DNA of 64,000 nt. Source: Eledone cirrhosa. Lineage: Eukaryota. The position numbers were made by a program, and so were the translations under genes. How positions within the stretch are numbered: position 1 is the first letter of the stretch; each line of letters opens with the position of its first letter. The DNA is taken from NCBI GenBank assembly GCA_964016885.1, contig OZ024740.1, positions 380,308,001-380,372,000 on the forward strand. The letters run 5' to 3'. The notes beneath the pieces were generated by a model. That model worked only from the letters and a program-made list of their open reading frames with translations. It did no database searches and was not told the origin of the DNA. Shown here piece after piece: positions 1 to 12,697 of this stretch.

Positions 1-1322
1 ACAATGTAAAATTAATCATATGAAAATGACACATAGAGAAATAAAATGACATAAAGAAAAATAAAGAAAAAAAACAGATAGTGCACTGCAGTGCACTATC
101 TGAAACACAAGAATAAATGATCTAAAGATTGATGAAGCAAAAAATGCGCAAGCGCGCGTGTGGTGCGTACGTGTGAAATTGCACAAACTTATTCCGTTTC
201 ATGTAACACGCACTGTTTAGCCCCATGTCAACCCTGATCAACTAGGCCTATGATTAGATGCATTCCAGTCTTTTAATATTTCTGGGGTTTTTTCCACTAT
301 GTAATTTTTATGTCTATTTCTTGTTGTTAAGAGATAGACTTGATCTTTCACCTGGTTTAGTAGAGCTGAAGTTTGTCGACATCCTGGAAATTTATCACTG
401 ATTTCTGATCTCAATACAGGTGAGCTACAACAACCTGAAACATCTCGTATGCAAGACGAAGTAGACCCTGGTTAAGTACCATCATCTGATCAATTTAATT
501 TACTCTGTTGCAAGCATTTGGTCAAAATATCCGGATTAAGGATAACTTCCTCACACCAGTTTAGAAGGTCCTGAAAAAAATATAGGCTGATAAATGCTGT
601 CCTTTCTTCTCAAACTAAACGATAAAAGAAGACGGTAGGGTAAGATTTAAGAGAATATGGCTGCTATTTCTAGAATCGTTAGAGTATTGAACAAACATGT
701 AGCAATATGTGTCCTGATTTGAAATCCCGTCGAAATGAACTTTTCTTCTCAGTTTTTCGAGGTCGGTTGAATAAAGTACCAACCAAGTGTTAGAGTCAAT
801 ATAATCGATTTTTCCTTTTCCTCAAAATTGCTGTTTTTGTGTCTACATCAGACACTACCATATTGCATCTTTATTAAGACGGCAGATTGGGTGTTGGATA
901 AATGCTTTGTGGTATTTGATTATGATTTTCTTTCTTCTGATTTCAAATCTCGCCGAGGACAAGTTTACATTTCATCCTTCTGGGTTCGATAAAATAAAGT
1001 ACCTGTCAAGTACTTGAGTTGATTTGATCGACTACCCCTACTTCACTCATCCACCACCACCACTACACCAAAAATTAAATTGCTAGTCTTTCGCCTAAAT
1101 TATACATCATTTTATTACACCTTAATTGCTTTTTATTGCATTCTTTTTTTCTTAATTAAATTGAAATGTCTAGTTAATTTCGAGATGAAGGTGTTTGGGG
1201 GGAATCCAACTGGAAGCCATACGGTTAAATCAACTTAGTATTATATTTCTAATTTTTTGGAAAGCTAATTGATCGTTTATTAATTAATTGTAATTAACTG
1301 CTGATTAATAATGTTTTCTACA

Positions 1323-1500
1323 ATTGGCACAAGGCCGGCAATTTGAAGGGAATAAGAAATTCAATTACTGCTACCCAAGTTCTTTACTGATACTTATTTT
1401 ATCGACCCCGAAAGAATGAAGAGTAAAGCTAGTCTCCACGTGATTTTAACCGAATAAGTAAAGAACCAGAATTATATGCCGCAAATCATGTTGTCCGATA
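1323..1500 (-). mobile_element. Degenerate tRNA-derived SINE (family A), minus strand
   Basis: Reverse complement of the family-A 3' end (ggcacaaggccggcaa) and core (ttttatcgaccccgaaagaatgaag). Further decayed + copies at about 655-850 and 887-1100. Confidence 0.65.
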
Positions 1501-1755
1501 CTCGACCGATACTCGACATTAACTACAATACTTAAAGAAAATCGTCCATTCCTAGAGCTTTTATCAAAATAAATCATCAAGACAATGCCTAACTACCACA
1601 GAGCATCTATCTTTACGGACGCACAACTTCAATATAGTCAAAACTATATCTAAAACAGAGGGCTTCATCTTTACAAAGTTCAGATGATGCACACAATGGG
1701 GTACTGCATCCACATCTTGGACGATGCTGTTGCTGCTATATTATATATTATTGTA

Positions 1756-1939
1756 GATTAGCAGTATTGGTAGAGGGTCGGACGCCATGCTTTGACGTAT
1801 AGAGTTACGGCCCTTGCCATTCTGAGTTCAAATCCCGCCGAGGTTAACGTTGCCTTTCATCCTTACGGGGTCGATAAAATAAAGTACCAGTAATGCACTG
1901 GGTAAATGCTGGCCTTGTGCCAAAAGTAGAAACAATTAT
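1756..1939 (+). mobile_element. tRNA-derived SINE (family A)
   Basis: Box-A-like gcagtattggt, box B gagttcaaatcc, core gcctttcatccttacggggtcgataaaataaagtacc, 3' end ggccttgtgccaaaagtagaaacaattat; more than 10 copies in the window. Confidence 0.85.
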
Positions 1940-2084
1940 ATATTATATTACATTGTATATTTTTTTCTAAAAATGACTGTCTAAACACGTGCTTTCTTTT
2001 CTCATTTTTTCCGCTATCCAATTTCTTATAAGCGTTGAATTATTTATATTGTGTGTTCCCTGGTACAGTTGTTTTCCTGCTTTT

Positions 2085-2087
<3 letters not shown>

Positions 2088-2148
<61 letters not shown>
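2088..2148. repeat. (TA)n microsatellite, representative of many
   Basis: Direct observation. Other long tracts at about 2899-2970, 3677-3810, 9634-9702, 14405-14467, 18704-18760, 23910-24080, 24372-24440, 25040-25112, 53323-53376, 53761-53827, 55570-55696. Confidence 0.95.
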
Positions 2149-2150
<2 letters not shown>

Positions 2151-2700
2151 AACACACGCGTGCATGACTTCCGTTCTAACATTAAATATTTCTTTTAAAA
2201 GTATTTTATTTTATCTATAGAAGAAAAAAGAACAAAAAAGATTAAAATACGTATGAAGGAAATGTAATATATATATATATGGTCTTTGTCCTTTGAATTT
2301 ATATTCTACATACTTAGTCATACGGGTTTTCTTTTTAAAACTGTCATATAGTAGACATCACACCGCCCATCCTATTTTCTCCTATTCTCCCTTCTTACCT
2401 TTTCTATGCCTCAGTCGTTCTTTGTTTGTACCTTGGACTACAGACCTTAATTTTTTCTGTTTTACTATTTCTCTCCTTTCTATACTTTTCTCTTTTGGCG
2501 AAGCCCTTGTGCACTCTTTATTTGTGTAATTTGTTAAAGGCATAAATTGTCTCAATTCACCGAAACTGTAGCGATTTCCAGAGGTTGACTGAAGAGATGG
2601 AACAGTCCGTCTTAACGTTGGTGTTTTTTTTTGTTTCATTTTCTTTGTCCTGTACGCTCTATTTGAATATATATATTTTTGAATATATATATATATATAT

Positions 2701-2895
2701 AACGAAGAAAATGTGGTAAGGAACCAGATGGACCATAACGCACCAAAGTACTCAATACTTAGGGTAGTAGAGTGGGTAATAGGAACAAGTATGGCCCCGA
2801 CGGCAGAGCTCAAGCCGTTTCGACGGGTAATTCTGGATTAGTCCAGAATTAGCCGTCGAAACGGCTTGAGCTCTGCCGTCGGGGTCATACGTGTT

Positions 2896-2898
<3 letters not shown>
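2701..2898 (-). mobile_element. Hairpin-plus-tail mini-element H1 derived from the PLE terminus of 14871-18222
   Basis: 59-bp arms 2781-2839/2840-2898 plus an 80-bp tail (2701-2780) matching 18142-18222; flanked by (TA)n on both sides. Confidence 0.85.
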
Positions 2899-2966
<68 letters not shown>

Positions 2967-2970
2967 ATAT

Positions 2971-3175
2971 GTAGGAGGTGAGTTTTATTCTAGTACAATA
3001 AAGCAATATGTTGATTTAAAACTGCACTATTCACAAGTGTTTTTTAACCTTCATATCATGTCTTCCTATTTTATCTGATGAAAACACAAATGTTATTGCA
3101 TAATGATATTTGTTTTTGAAATGCGCATAATAAAATACATGGAACTCTTTTAACCATCTTTTGATCTTATATATT
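2971..3175 (+). mobile_element. Miniature derivative of PLE 18761-22026 retaining the hammerhead
   Basis: First ~37 bp (gtaggaggtgagttttatt.tagtacaataaagcaat) match 18761-18797; the remainder matches about 21860-22026; lies in (TA)n. Confidence 0.85.
3068..3137 (+). ncRNA. Type I hammerhead ribozyme (PLE-type)
   Basis: ttttat-CTGATGA-stem II (aaacacaaatgttat/atgatatttgttttt)-GAAA-tgcgca (palindromic stem III)-TA-ataaaa. Confidence 0.85.
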
Positions 3176-3674
3176 ATATATATATATATATATATATTTA
3201 TTTATATATATATAGTAATAAGAATATTTATATTTATATATATTTGATATAACTATAAATATGTAGGGTAGTACTAAGTACTAGCCGGTTACCGGTATGA
3301 CAAAAGGCTCAATGCAAATTTTGACTGTATTGACTCCTGCATTGTACACCAATTTTCCTTGCTTATAACTTTTTTGCCTGTTTTTTTAGCTTGTGATTTT
3401 TTTGCTTATGCTTTTTAATTATACCTATTACACTTCCAACCAGTGCTGCCTGTAATTGTGTTCTTTCAGGCAGAACATCTTTTTAACTCCTGACTCTCCA
3501 CATGATGCCTTTGACACTAATAACAATTATGTACCCTAAATGTTCTAAATGACTGGGATTTTAGTTACATGTTTCGACATTCCTTATGCTCCGATGTGTC
3601 TAAACTTCCCTCTGGAAGAAACAATTGTCATCTAATAGAAAGTTCTAAACTAAAATTTGATCGTTTTAACACTT

Positions 3675-3812
<138 letters not shown>

Positions 3813-4602
3813 TGGAAACTTAGTAAAATCGAAGCTTTGGCTGTGGGCAAGCAAAGTCGACCTACAATATGAATGAGTTAGCAAAGCACCCAATAAGGGT
3901 AGGTCCTTAGAGTAATAACATACGTTTAAATAGCTTGACAAATTGAACATTGTGGTAGGCAAAACCTAACACACAATACCAAAGTAACGAAAAAAACTAA
4001 CAGGTTTTCGCCGCCGAATATTAAAATATATTAATTATTATTAAACATGGGTAAAACATGTTTTGTGTTAATTGCCAGTAACTATAAATGTATCTATTCT
4101 CATAAGAAAAGAAGAAAATTAAAATAACAAATGGAAGAAACATGAACACAAATATCTCTACTTTATTAAACACAATTTAAATATGTGTTTCAAGGTTTAA
4201 AATGTAATGCTAAGAATGACAAAATGATAAGAGATACAACCACCACTCTTTAACAAATAGCTACAACAAAATAACTACAACTTATGAAAACTCTAGCGAT
4301 AAAAGTGATATAAACGACAGCTGAACATGGCTGATACATAACACAGCTAACATCGTGTTTATGTATATAAATGGAATTTCATGTTAACTCTACATATAGA
4401 AAAGAAATGCATCACCAATTTAGAAATACTCTGACATTTCGAGATTCAGTATTCATACAATTCTATAAATGAAAATACAGTAAAGTATAATAATATAAAA
4501 GCAACTAAATACAGAGTATTTGTCATTGTTTTCCTGTTTTTCTTTTGTTTTTGTTTGATATTTGTATATGGAATATATTATCAAAGTTCAATGACTGAAA
4601 TA

Positions 4603-4634
<32 letters not shown>

Positions 4635-4672
4635 ACAAACATACACACACATGTAATATATATATATATATG

Positions 4673-4724
4673 AAAGAGTCGGGACCCCGACGGCTGAGCT
4701 TTTGCCGTTTCAGCAGCTAAATGA
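4673..4724 (-). mobile_element. Very short PLE terminal fragment related to the H1-H3 family
   Basis: Reverse strand reads gaaacggcaaaagctcagccgtcggggtc, the 3' half of the HHR; between TA tracts. Confidence 0.55.
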
Positions 4725-5879
4725 TATATATATATATATATAGCATCAATTAAAAATTCCGACCTTTACGGTTGTTACACTGGGTGTTGTGCTAACAATG
4801 CAACTGCATTTTTTTTCTTTTAAGATAAAGACTTATATATATGATAAATATTATATATATGGTAAATATATATATATGATAAATATTATATATATGGTAA
4901 ATATTATTTATATATATATGATAAATATTATATAGATATGGTAATTATGTTGAGCTTAGTAAATATTCAAATCCATTTTTTTTATGACCCTTGAAATAGT
5001 CACCATTTGACAAGAACAGTTTTGCTAAAATGGTTGGACTATTACGGATAGAACAATAGCACAACAAGGTGTATATAAACACGGTGTACAAAGAATAAGA
5101 GGACGTGAAAGGGAAGTGTAAATAAATATAGAGTGATGATAGGGAAACAATTAATGATAGAATTACATCTATACGGGTGGATACAACAAGCTTTATATGG
5201 AAAGTTAGCGACTATTAAAAGTGGGTGAGGAAATGTATAAGAAGGAATAAGGTTTACTGGATGTAGATAGAAAGATGCAGAGCAGAGAAGAGGGGTTAAT
5301 GGATAAATTCCGGTTGAATAGTAAGAAAATTAAGAATTAGAAAGGTGTTATGCACCAGAACACATTATATTTAGTGTTATACAACGCGAGATCACTTTTT
5401 GTTTCTGTTACTATTCTCTTTCTTTCTTTTCGCTTCCTTTTTTTATCTCAGGTTGTTTTTTTTTTTTTGTGTTTTATCAATGTATATATTCTATTCCAAT
5501 CTATTTATTTAAATGTATTATAAACCGCTAAATGTTTAATATTTAGTTTTAGATAACAGTATCTAAGTTTTGACAAAACTCAATTTGCTCAAGTATCTAT
5601 CACCTTAAAGGCTTGTAATTTAAATATAAAGTTGCCACGTATCAGAAAGCAGTAACGCCAAACTGGAAGTAATGATTGAGTAAATCGTAGTTCTAATTGT
5701 TGTTATGTACATCCAAATAAAGATTACCAGCCAACAGGTTTCAACTATTGACATGTCATTCTGTCTTTTCAGTTGCTTCTACAATACTGGCTGATCTTCT
5801 GCTATTTCCAGTCAGGCACTTCCGACTCGCCATCTCACGTCACTCAAATATGGGAGAAATAGCGTGTGAATGTCGCATC

Positions 5880-6815
5880 ATATCCTTCCGACAACATTGA
5901 CTAATCATCAAGGGTAGAAGACCATCTATGGAACAAATCTGTCTACACGAGATAGATAATTTCATAAGAGTTAGGAAGGAGCTTCATAAGAAATACGCCC
6001 TGAATCTCGCACTCAGGGAAATTTCACGTTATCACCGTAATGAATCAGTGGGAGAAAAGCTGTATGTTTATCAGTAAATGTTGTTAGTGAGCTTCAAGTT
6101 GAGATTAATATAGATAACAAAATTAGTCTATCTTGGACCAACAACAGGTATATTAGCTATCAGTTTGATGGATAAGCTTTTTTAATCCATGAACAGGAAA
6201 TAGCAACGAAATACCTAATGCACAACGGAGATAAAGATTCAAGTAAAACATAGATGTGACAACAGATGCAAATTCTGTGGAATAAATATCAACGATGGCA
6301 CCCACCTCTTAAGCAGCTGTTCAAAGGTGCCATCACGTTACTGATTACCCATGAGACATGATGTAATAACCAAAACAATCTACAGTGTTATTCGTAGAAA
6401 GATAGTCCTGGGGATAAACATATAAAAAGTTACAGCGATTGGGTGAACATACGCCAACTTAATAAGAAAGAATACTGTTAGAAGATTCCAGTCAAAACGC
6501 CAACAAAATGTAAACATAACATATCATATACATTGTTATGGGACAGATGTGGAAATCAGCCACGCAGCATTTATTGATATAGCGATAAAGCTTAGCGAAA
6601 AGGAGAATATTTATACAAAACTAATCATCCACTCTAAGTACACTTTGAAATTTGTACCCGTGCACTAGATTTGCGCACTTGGATATGTTACTAACTGCTC
6701 AGTACAAATCTTGTAAAGATAACCTTCACTTAACCAGCAAAAGCACAGCTAATTAGGAAATTGCAAGTACAGTCAATTAATGGAATTATGAAAATAAGTG
6801 AAACATTCTAGAGAT
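5880..6815 (+). pseudogene. Decayed 3' part of an R4/Dong-like RLE non-LTR retrotransposon
   Basis: Broken motifs readable: CKFC zinc finger, RHD.I.K.IY, PVKTPTKCKHN (before the RPD of RLE), CALG, RKLQ.QSI.G..KI..TF. Same domain order as 47643-48638. Confidence 0.6.
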
Positions 6816-7565
6816 AACTGCAGATACATACATATATATATATATATATACATAACTATAGAAACAAATGTATGTGCATATACAGGGGGAGTCATATGTA
6901 ACCGGAGTATCAATGCATTTTTATTGCAAGGTTCACGGATAATGTTTTGAAAAACCACTTATTTGTGTGAGAAACGGGGACAAATTCCGAACACTTACTT
7001 TAATTATATTTTTTTAACTACTTTTGTTCGATGTATTTATAATTCCGTAATGTATGACCAAAAGTTTAGTTTTTATGATCATTTAGAATATAAATGTTTT
7101 ACTGCCTGCATACTTATGACTAACCTTGTATGATATAACTCAAACGATTCAGATCTACGTATGTAATAACAAACATACCTACATATGTAATAACAAACAC
7201 ACAAACGCATATAGGCATATAGGCATACACACATAATGCATAACGACTGAGTTCATATTGCCTAAATTCTTACATGATGGCTGCCCTCTCGTTTTAGAGC
7301 ATGGCCATTGCACGATATAACATTATTAATAATTATTAATTAATATCGTGTCATGACTGTGCAAGATTGTTTTTAAAGTGAGGAAAGACTGTGCACTGAG
7401 CCAATCTCACTCTCTGAGTGACAGTAGCTATAACCCGAAAAGAAGAAAAGATCAACATCATCGGTAACTACTGAGCTGCAGGTTTTATGTCGGAGTTATC
7501 CCAGTTTCCTGAGTTGCCTTCTCCTAGAAGAATGCCCTGACAAAGGCTAGGAGTCCTTCATTCCC

Positions 7566-7845
7566 ATACTTACATACACATATATACACATATACATACT
7601 TACATATATACACACATACACACATACATACATACATACATACATACACACACATACATACATACATGCATACTTACATACATACATACACTCATACACA
7701 CATGCATACCTACACACACAGATACATACTTACATACATACAGACAGACATACACACATACATACGTACGTACATACATACATACATACATACATACATA
7801 CATACATACATACATACATACATACATACATACATACATACATAC
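7566..7845. repeat. (CATA)n microsatellite
   Basis: Direct observation; explains the MYVC/HTYI pseudo-ORFs. Confidence 0.95.
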
Positions 7846-8599
7846 AATTGCATTATTTCTTGGCATGGCGTAAGTGGTCAAGCTGGAACACAGCTTAAAT
7901 ATTTTGTTTACGTTTTAATATATCCATTTTGTTTCACTAGTTGGTCTTAACAAATTGTTGTTGGCATATTTTCAAATAACAGTAGTTGTCCTAGTTTAGT
8001 AAGCAAATGAATTGATTAAGGTCGCTAAAACTTGTTCGTACATGGTTAAAGATTAGCGCTCAAGGACACTGTAGGAAAAATATGCTTCTTCGTATCAGTC
8101 TAACTCAAAATGAAGTCGTGTATATCATTTATGTTGTTTTAATTTTATGTTTGTCATTCAGAAGAACGTGCGAAAGCCATGGGTTTGCACAGCGGGTCGC
8201 GATTGCGATGAAGTTTTTATAATCAATTAAGCCATTTCGCTTATACTCTCATTCCTTCTCCAATATTTTGCCGTAAGGAAAAATGATCTTTTTCCTCATA
8301 AATTGGAGACTACTTCGTGTGGTACCAAGATGTATCCCCAAGCCAGTTGATCTGCATTCCACATATCTGGTTGGAAGATATGCCTATTAATCGTAATTAT
8401 CAAGTGGCACAACTATGTGATACTATAGCAGATCTGACCTTGAACAGACCATGTAATAGCAAATGAGACTGACGCACGGTGCACAGCTCACCACTGGCTG
8501 AGATCTTGCTATCCAGTGATGTTAGCTGCTGCTGTCATTGAACCTCCGACGATGTGTGTTCAAGTTGATTCAAGGTACTGAAATGCCTGATCGAGAAAT

Positions 8600-8780
8600 T
8601 AACGTGTAACACATTGAGCCTTCCACAGACACGCGCTCACTTTAAGCACGCATTTTCCAGCTGAGTCGATTGGAGCAATGTGAAAATAAGTGTCTTGCTC
8701 AATAACACAATGCGCTGCTGAACCGAGAGTCGCTCCATGTAAGGTTGCTACATCTCTGAATTGAGAGTTCACAGCTCTGA
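8600..8780 (-). mobile_element. Degenerate SINE (family B-like)
   Basis: Reverse complement of gttattgagcaagacacttatttt-cacattgctccaatcgactcagctgg, shared with 34266-34610. Confidence 0.55.
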
Positions 8781-8857
8781 CATTACGGACGTGTAGTTAG
8801 AATGCCTAAGGAAAGAATCGCTGTACAGATTTTACTGGCAAAACTATACATACATAC

Positions 8858-8905
8858 AAGAAGAAGAAGAAGAAGAAGAAGAAGAAGAAGAAGAAGAAGA
8901 AGAAG

Positions 8906-8990
<85 letters not shown>
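8858..8990. repeat. Compound (AAG)n(AAC)n microsatellite
   Basis: Direct observation; preceded by a short RTE-like coding remnant (GRVVRMPKERIAVQIL, about 8785-8850). Confidence 0.95.
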
Positions 8991-9515
8991 GCGCTTTTAC
9001 ACATAGTCTTCTTTTTCTGATAACCGGTTCCAGCATTTCTTGTATTTCATTCAGATTCCTCTCTTCCATCACTCGTGAAAATAGCCCAGAGATGTTTGAA
9101 CTGTATCTGTGAATGTGTGGCTTTATATATACATATAAAAAATAAGTATACAAAAATAATAAGAAAATGAATAACAAAATTGACCAGCCTTCTTTTTTAC
9201 CCCTTGTAAACCGAAGCTGATGACCAGAATTAGAACCTTGACACTTTTACTCCATCGACCTATTTCCATTACGTTCCACTAACAATTCATATCCCCACCT
9301 CTAGCCTGCCTTATGCAAACGTTTGTACAGCCGTCTGATACTATATAAGTAATAACTTATGGTATCCTCCTCATCGAGTGCTTACATCTGATTACACTAC
9401 TATCGGTCTAATATTTGATCAACCAATACTGATTACTTAGAATTATATATATATATATATATATATGTATAATTCAAAGAAATCAGTATTGTATTGGTTG
9501 ATCAAATATTAGTCT

Positions 9516-9558
9516 ATCAAAGTACTTTCGTTGCACGGCTGCAACATCATCAGTTGTA
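9516..9558 (-). ncRNA. Minimal hammerhead motif in a short PLE 3' fragment (about 9468-9633)
   Basis: Reverse strand: caa-CTGATGA-tgttgca gccg tgcaac-GAAA-gtac-TT-tga. Core intact, stem I weak. Confidence 0.65.
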
Positions 9559-9630
9559 CTATTATGCTTCCTCCTATTGTATTGTATTGTATGTCTACAC
9601 CATTTTTATATTTTTATTTATTTATTTCTT

Positions 9631-9702
<72 letters not shown>

Positions 9703-9705
<3 letters not shown>

Positions 9706-9865
9706 AAAAGGTATTACCCCGACGGCTATTTCTAAATAACCGTCGAAACGGCTTGAGTTCTGCCGTCGGGGTCATAATTTTTCCTATTTACCACTCTACA
9801 ACCCTAAGTATTGAGTATTCTGTTGCGTTATGGTCCATCTGGTTCCTTACCACAATTCCTTTGTT
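9703..9865 (+). mobile_element. Hairpin-plus-tail mini-element H2
   Basis: Same sequence family as H1 and H3; left arm has an internal deletion between two gacggc repeats; lies in (TA)n. Confidence 0.8.
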
Positions 9866-9933
9866 ATATATATGAAAGACGTAAAATAAGAAAATTTTAA
9901 AAATTAAAAATTAACTTACTTACTAAAATTTTC

Positions 9934-10015
9934 ACTCCAACTAATTAGTTTCTGTAATGGGATAAAGATAGTTACGCAATGTAACCATCGAGAATTCATT
10001 ACGTCATCAGGGAGT
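9934..10015 (-). ncRNA. Hammerhead ribozyme (array, inverted copy 1)
   Basis: Reverse complement of the 11015-11096 motif, core intact. Confidence 0.8.
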
Positions 10016-10471
10016 CTATTCTCAGCTAAGTCTCCAGGCAATGCGCGGACACTAGGGACTCATATAAAAATAATAATTCGGTGGATGGAACAGCTAGCGG
10101 GGACCGAATTCCATAGCACTGAAAAAGTTCACTGTCTCTGGTCAAATGGCAGATTCTAAAGAATCAATCACGTGACACTGAGGCTAGTCGGAAGGAGTGG
10201 GGTGGTAAAATGACAAAAGCCTACTACCACTACAATGAATTAGTAGTGGATTTGGCAGGTTTGCTCAACAAATAAATAATTTGGAGATAAATATAGAGAA
10301 TTAGTATATTTACCAATATATGCGTACAGATGTACACTAATGCTAGCAAATACATAAGTTATGTCATAGTACCTAGGTCGTTCAATGCAGGAGGATGCAA
10401 AACAATTATATGAAAGACGTAAAATAAGAAAATTTTAAAAATTAAAAATTAACTTACTTACTAAAATTTTC

Positions 10472-10553
10472 ACTCCAACTAATTAGTTTCTGTAATGGGA
10501 TAAAGATAGTTACGCAATGTAACCATCGAGAATTCATTACGTCACCAGGGAGT
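10472..10553 (-). ncRNA. Hammerhead (array, inverted copy 2) with core mutation CTGGTGA
   Basis: tcaccag instead of tcatcag at 10542-10548 (A6G, expected inactive). Confidence 0.7.
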
Positions 10554-11014
10554 CTATTCTCAGCTAAGTCTCCAGGCAATGCGCGGACACTAGGGACTCA
10601 TATAAAAATAATAATTCGGTGGATGGAACAGCTAGCGGGGACTGAATTCCATAGCACTGAAAAAGTTCACTGTCTCTGGTCAAATGGCAGATTCTAAAGA
10701 ATCTGTACGCATATGTTGGTAAATATACTAATTCTCTATATTTATCTCCAAATTATTTATTTGTTGAGCAAACCTGCCAAATCCACTACTAATTCATCGT
10801 AGTGGTAGTAGGCTTTTGTCATTTTACCACCCAACTCCTTCCAACTAGCCTCAGTGTCACGTGATTGATTCTTTAGAATCTGCCATTTGACCAGAGACTG
10901 AACTTTTTCAGTGCTAAGGAATTCAGTCCCTGCTAGCTGTTCCATCCACCGAATTATTATTTTTATATGAGTCCCTAGTGTCCGCGCATTGCCTGGAGAC
11001 TTAGCTGAGAATAG

Positions 11015-11096
11015 ACTCCCTGATGACGTAATGAATTCTCGATGGTTACATTGCGTAACTATCTTTATCCCATTACAGAAACTAATTAGTTGGAGT
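11015..11096 (+). ncRNA. Type I hammerhead ribozyme (array copy 1)
   Basis: actcc-CTGATGA-c gtaatg..gatggttac attgc gtaactatc..cattac a-GAAA-ctaattag-TT-ggagt; palindromic stem III ACTAATTAGT; predicted cleavage after GUU at 11091. Confidence 0.85.
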
Positions 11097-11548
11097 GAAA
11101 ATTTTAGTAAGTTAATTTTTAATTTTTAAAATTTTCTTATTTTACGTCTTTCATATAATTGTTCTACATCCTCCTGCATTGAACGACCTAGGTACTATGA
11201 CATAACTTATGTATTTGCTAGCATTAGTGTACATATGTACGCATATGTTGGTAAATATACTAATTCTCTATATTTATCTCCAAATTATTTATTTGTTGAG
11301 CAAACCTGCCAAATCCACTACTAATTCATTGTAATGGTAGTAGGCTTTTGTCATTTTACCACCCCACTCCTTCCGACTAGCCTCAGTGTCATGTGATTGA
11401 TTCTTTAGAATCTGCCATTTGACCAGAGACAGTGAACTTTTTCAGTGCTATGGAATTCGGTCCCCGCTAGCTGTTCCATCCACCGAATTATTATTTTTAT
11501 ATGAGTCCCTAGTGTCCGCGCATTGCCTGGAGACTTAGCTGAGAATAG

Positions 11549-11630
11549 ACTCCCTGATGACGTAATGAATTCTCGATGGTTACATTGCGTAACTATCTTT
11601 ATCCCATTACAGAAACTAATTAGTTGGAGT
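11549..11630 (+). ncRNA. Type I hammerhead ribozyme (array copy 2)
   Basis: Same motif, one unit downstream. Confidence 0.85.
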
Positions 11631-12081
11631 GAAAATTTTAGTAAGTTAATTTTTAATTTTTTAATTTTCTTATTTTACGTCTTTCATATAATTGTTCTAC
11701 ATCCTCCTGCATTGAACGACCTAGGTACTATGACATAACTTATGTATTTGCTAGCATTAGTGTACATCTGTACGCATATGTTGGTAAATATACTAATTCT
11801 CTATATTTATCTCCAAATTATTTATTTGTTGAGCAAACCTGCCAAATCCACTACTAATTCATTGTAATGGTAGTAGGCTTTTGTCATTTTACCACCCCAC
11901 TCCTTCCGACTAGCCTCAGTGTCACGTGATTGATTCTTTAGAATCTGCCATTTGACCAGAGACAGTGAACTTTTTCAGTGCTATGGAATTCGGTCCCCGC
12001 TAGCTGTTCCATCCACCGAATTATTATTTTTATATGAGTCCCTAGTGTCCGCGCATTGCCTGGAGACTTAGCTGAGAATAG

Positions 12082-12163
12082 ACTCCCTGATGACGTAATG
12101 AATTCTCGATGGTTACATTGCGTAACTATCTTTATCCCATTACAGAAACTAATTAGTTGGAGT
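12082..12163 (+). ncRNA. Type I hammerhead ribozyme (array copy 3)
   Basis: Same motif. Confidence 0.85.
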
Positions 12164-12615
12164 GAAAATTTTAGTAAGTTAATTTTTAATTTTTAAAATT
12201 TTCTTATTTTACGTCTTTCATATAATTGTTCTACATCCTCCTGCATTGAACGACCTAGGTACTATGACATAACTTATGTATTTGCTAGCATTAGTGTACA
12301 TCTGTACGCATATGTTGGTAAATATACTAATTCTCTATATTTATCTCCAAATTATTTATTTGTTGAGCAAACCTGCCAAATCCACTACTAATTCATTGTA
12401 GTGGTAGTAGGCTTTTGTCATTTTACCACCCCACTCCTTCCGACTAGCCTCAGTGTCACGTGATTGATTCTTTAGAATCTGCCATTTGACCAGAGACAGT
12501 GAACTTTTTCAGTGCTATGGAATTCGGTCCCCGCTAGCTGTTCCATCCACCGAATTATTATTTTTATATGAGTCCCTAGTGTCCGCGCATTGCCTGGAGA
12601 CTTAGCTGAGAATAG

Positions 12616-12697
12616 ACTCCCTGATGACGTAATGAATTCTCGATGGTTACATTGCGTAACTATCTTTATCCCATTACAGAAACTAATTAGTTGGAGT
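12616..12697 (+). ncRNA. Type I hammerhead ribozyme (array copy 4)
   Basis: Same motif. Confidence 0.85.

Noticed and set aside
1756-1939. tRNA genes
   Set aside because: The box A/B motifs belong to SINE heads; no cloverleaf.
2586-2622. CTGAAGA-gatgga acag tccgtc-ttaacgtt HHR-like motif
   Set aside because: GAAA is replaced and there is no stem I; at best a relic.
10757-11738. Small ORFs within the 534-bp unit
   Set aside because: Open only in units with private indels; not conserved across units.
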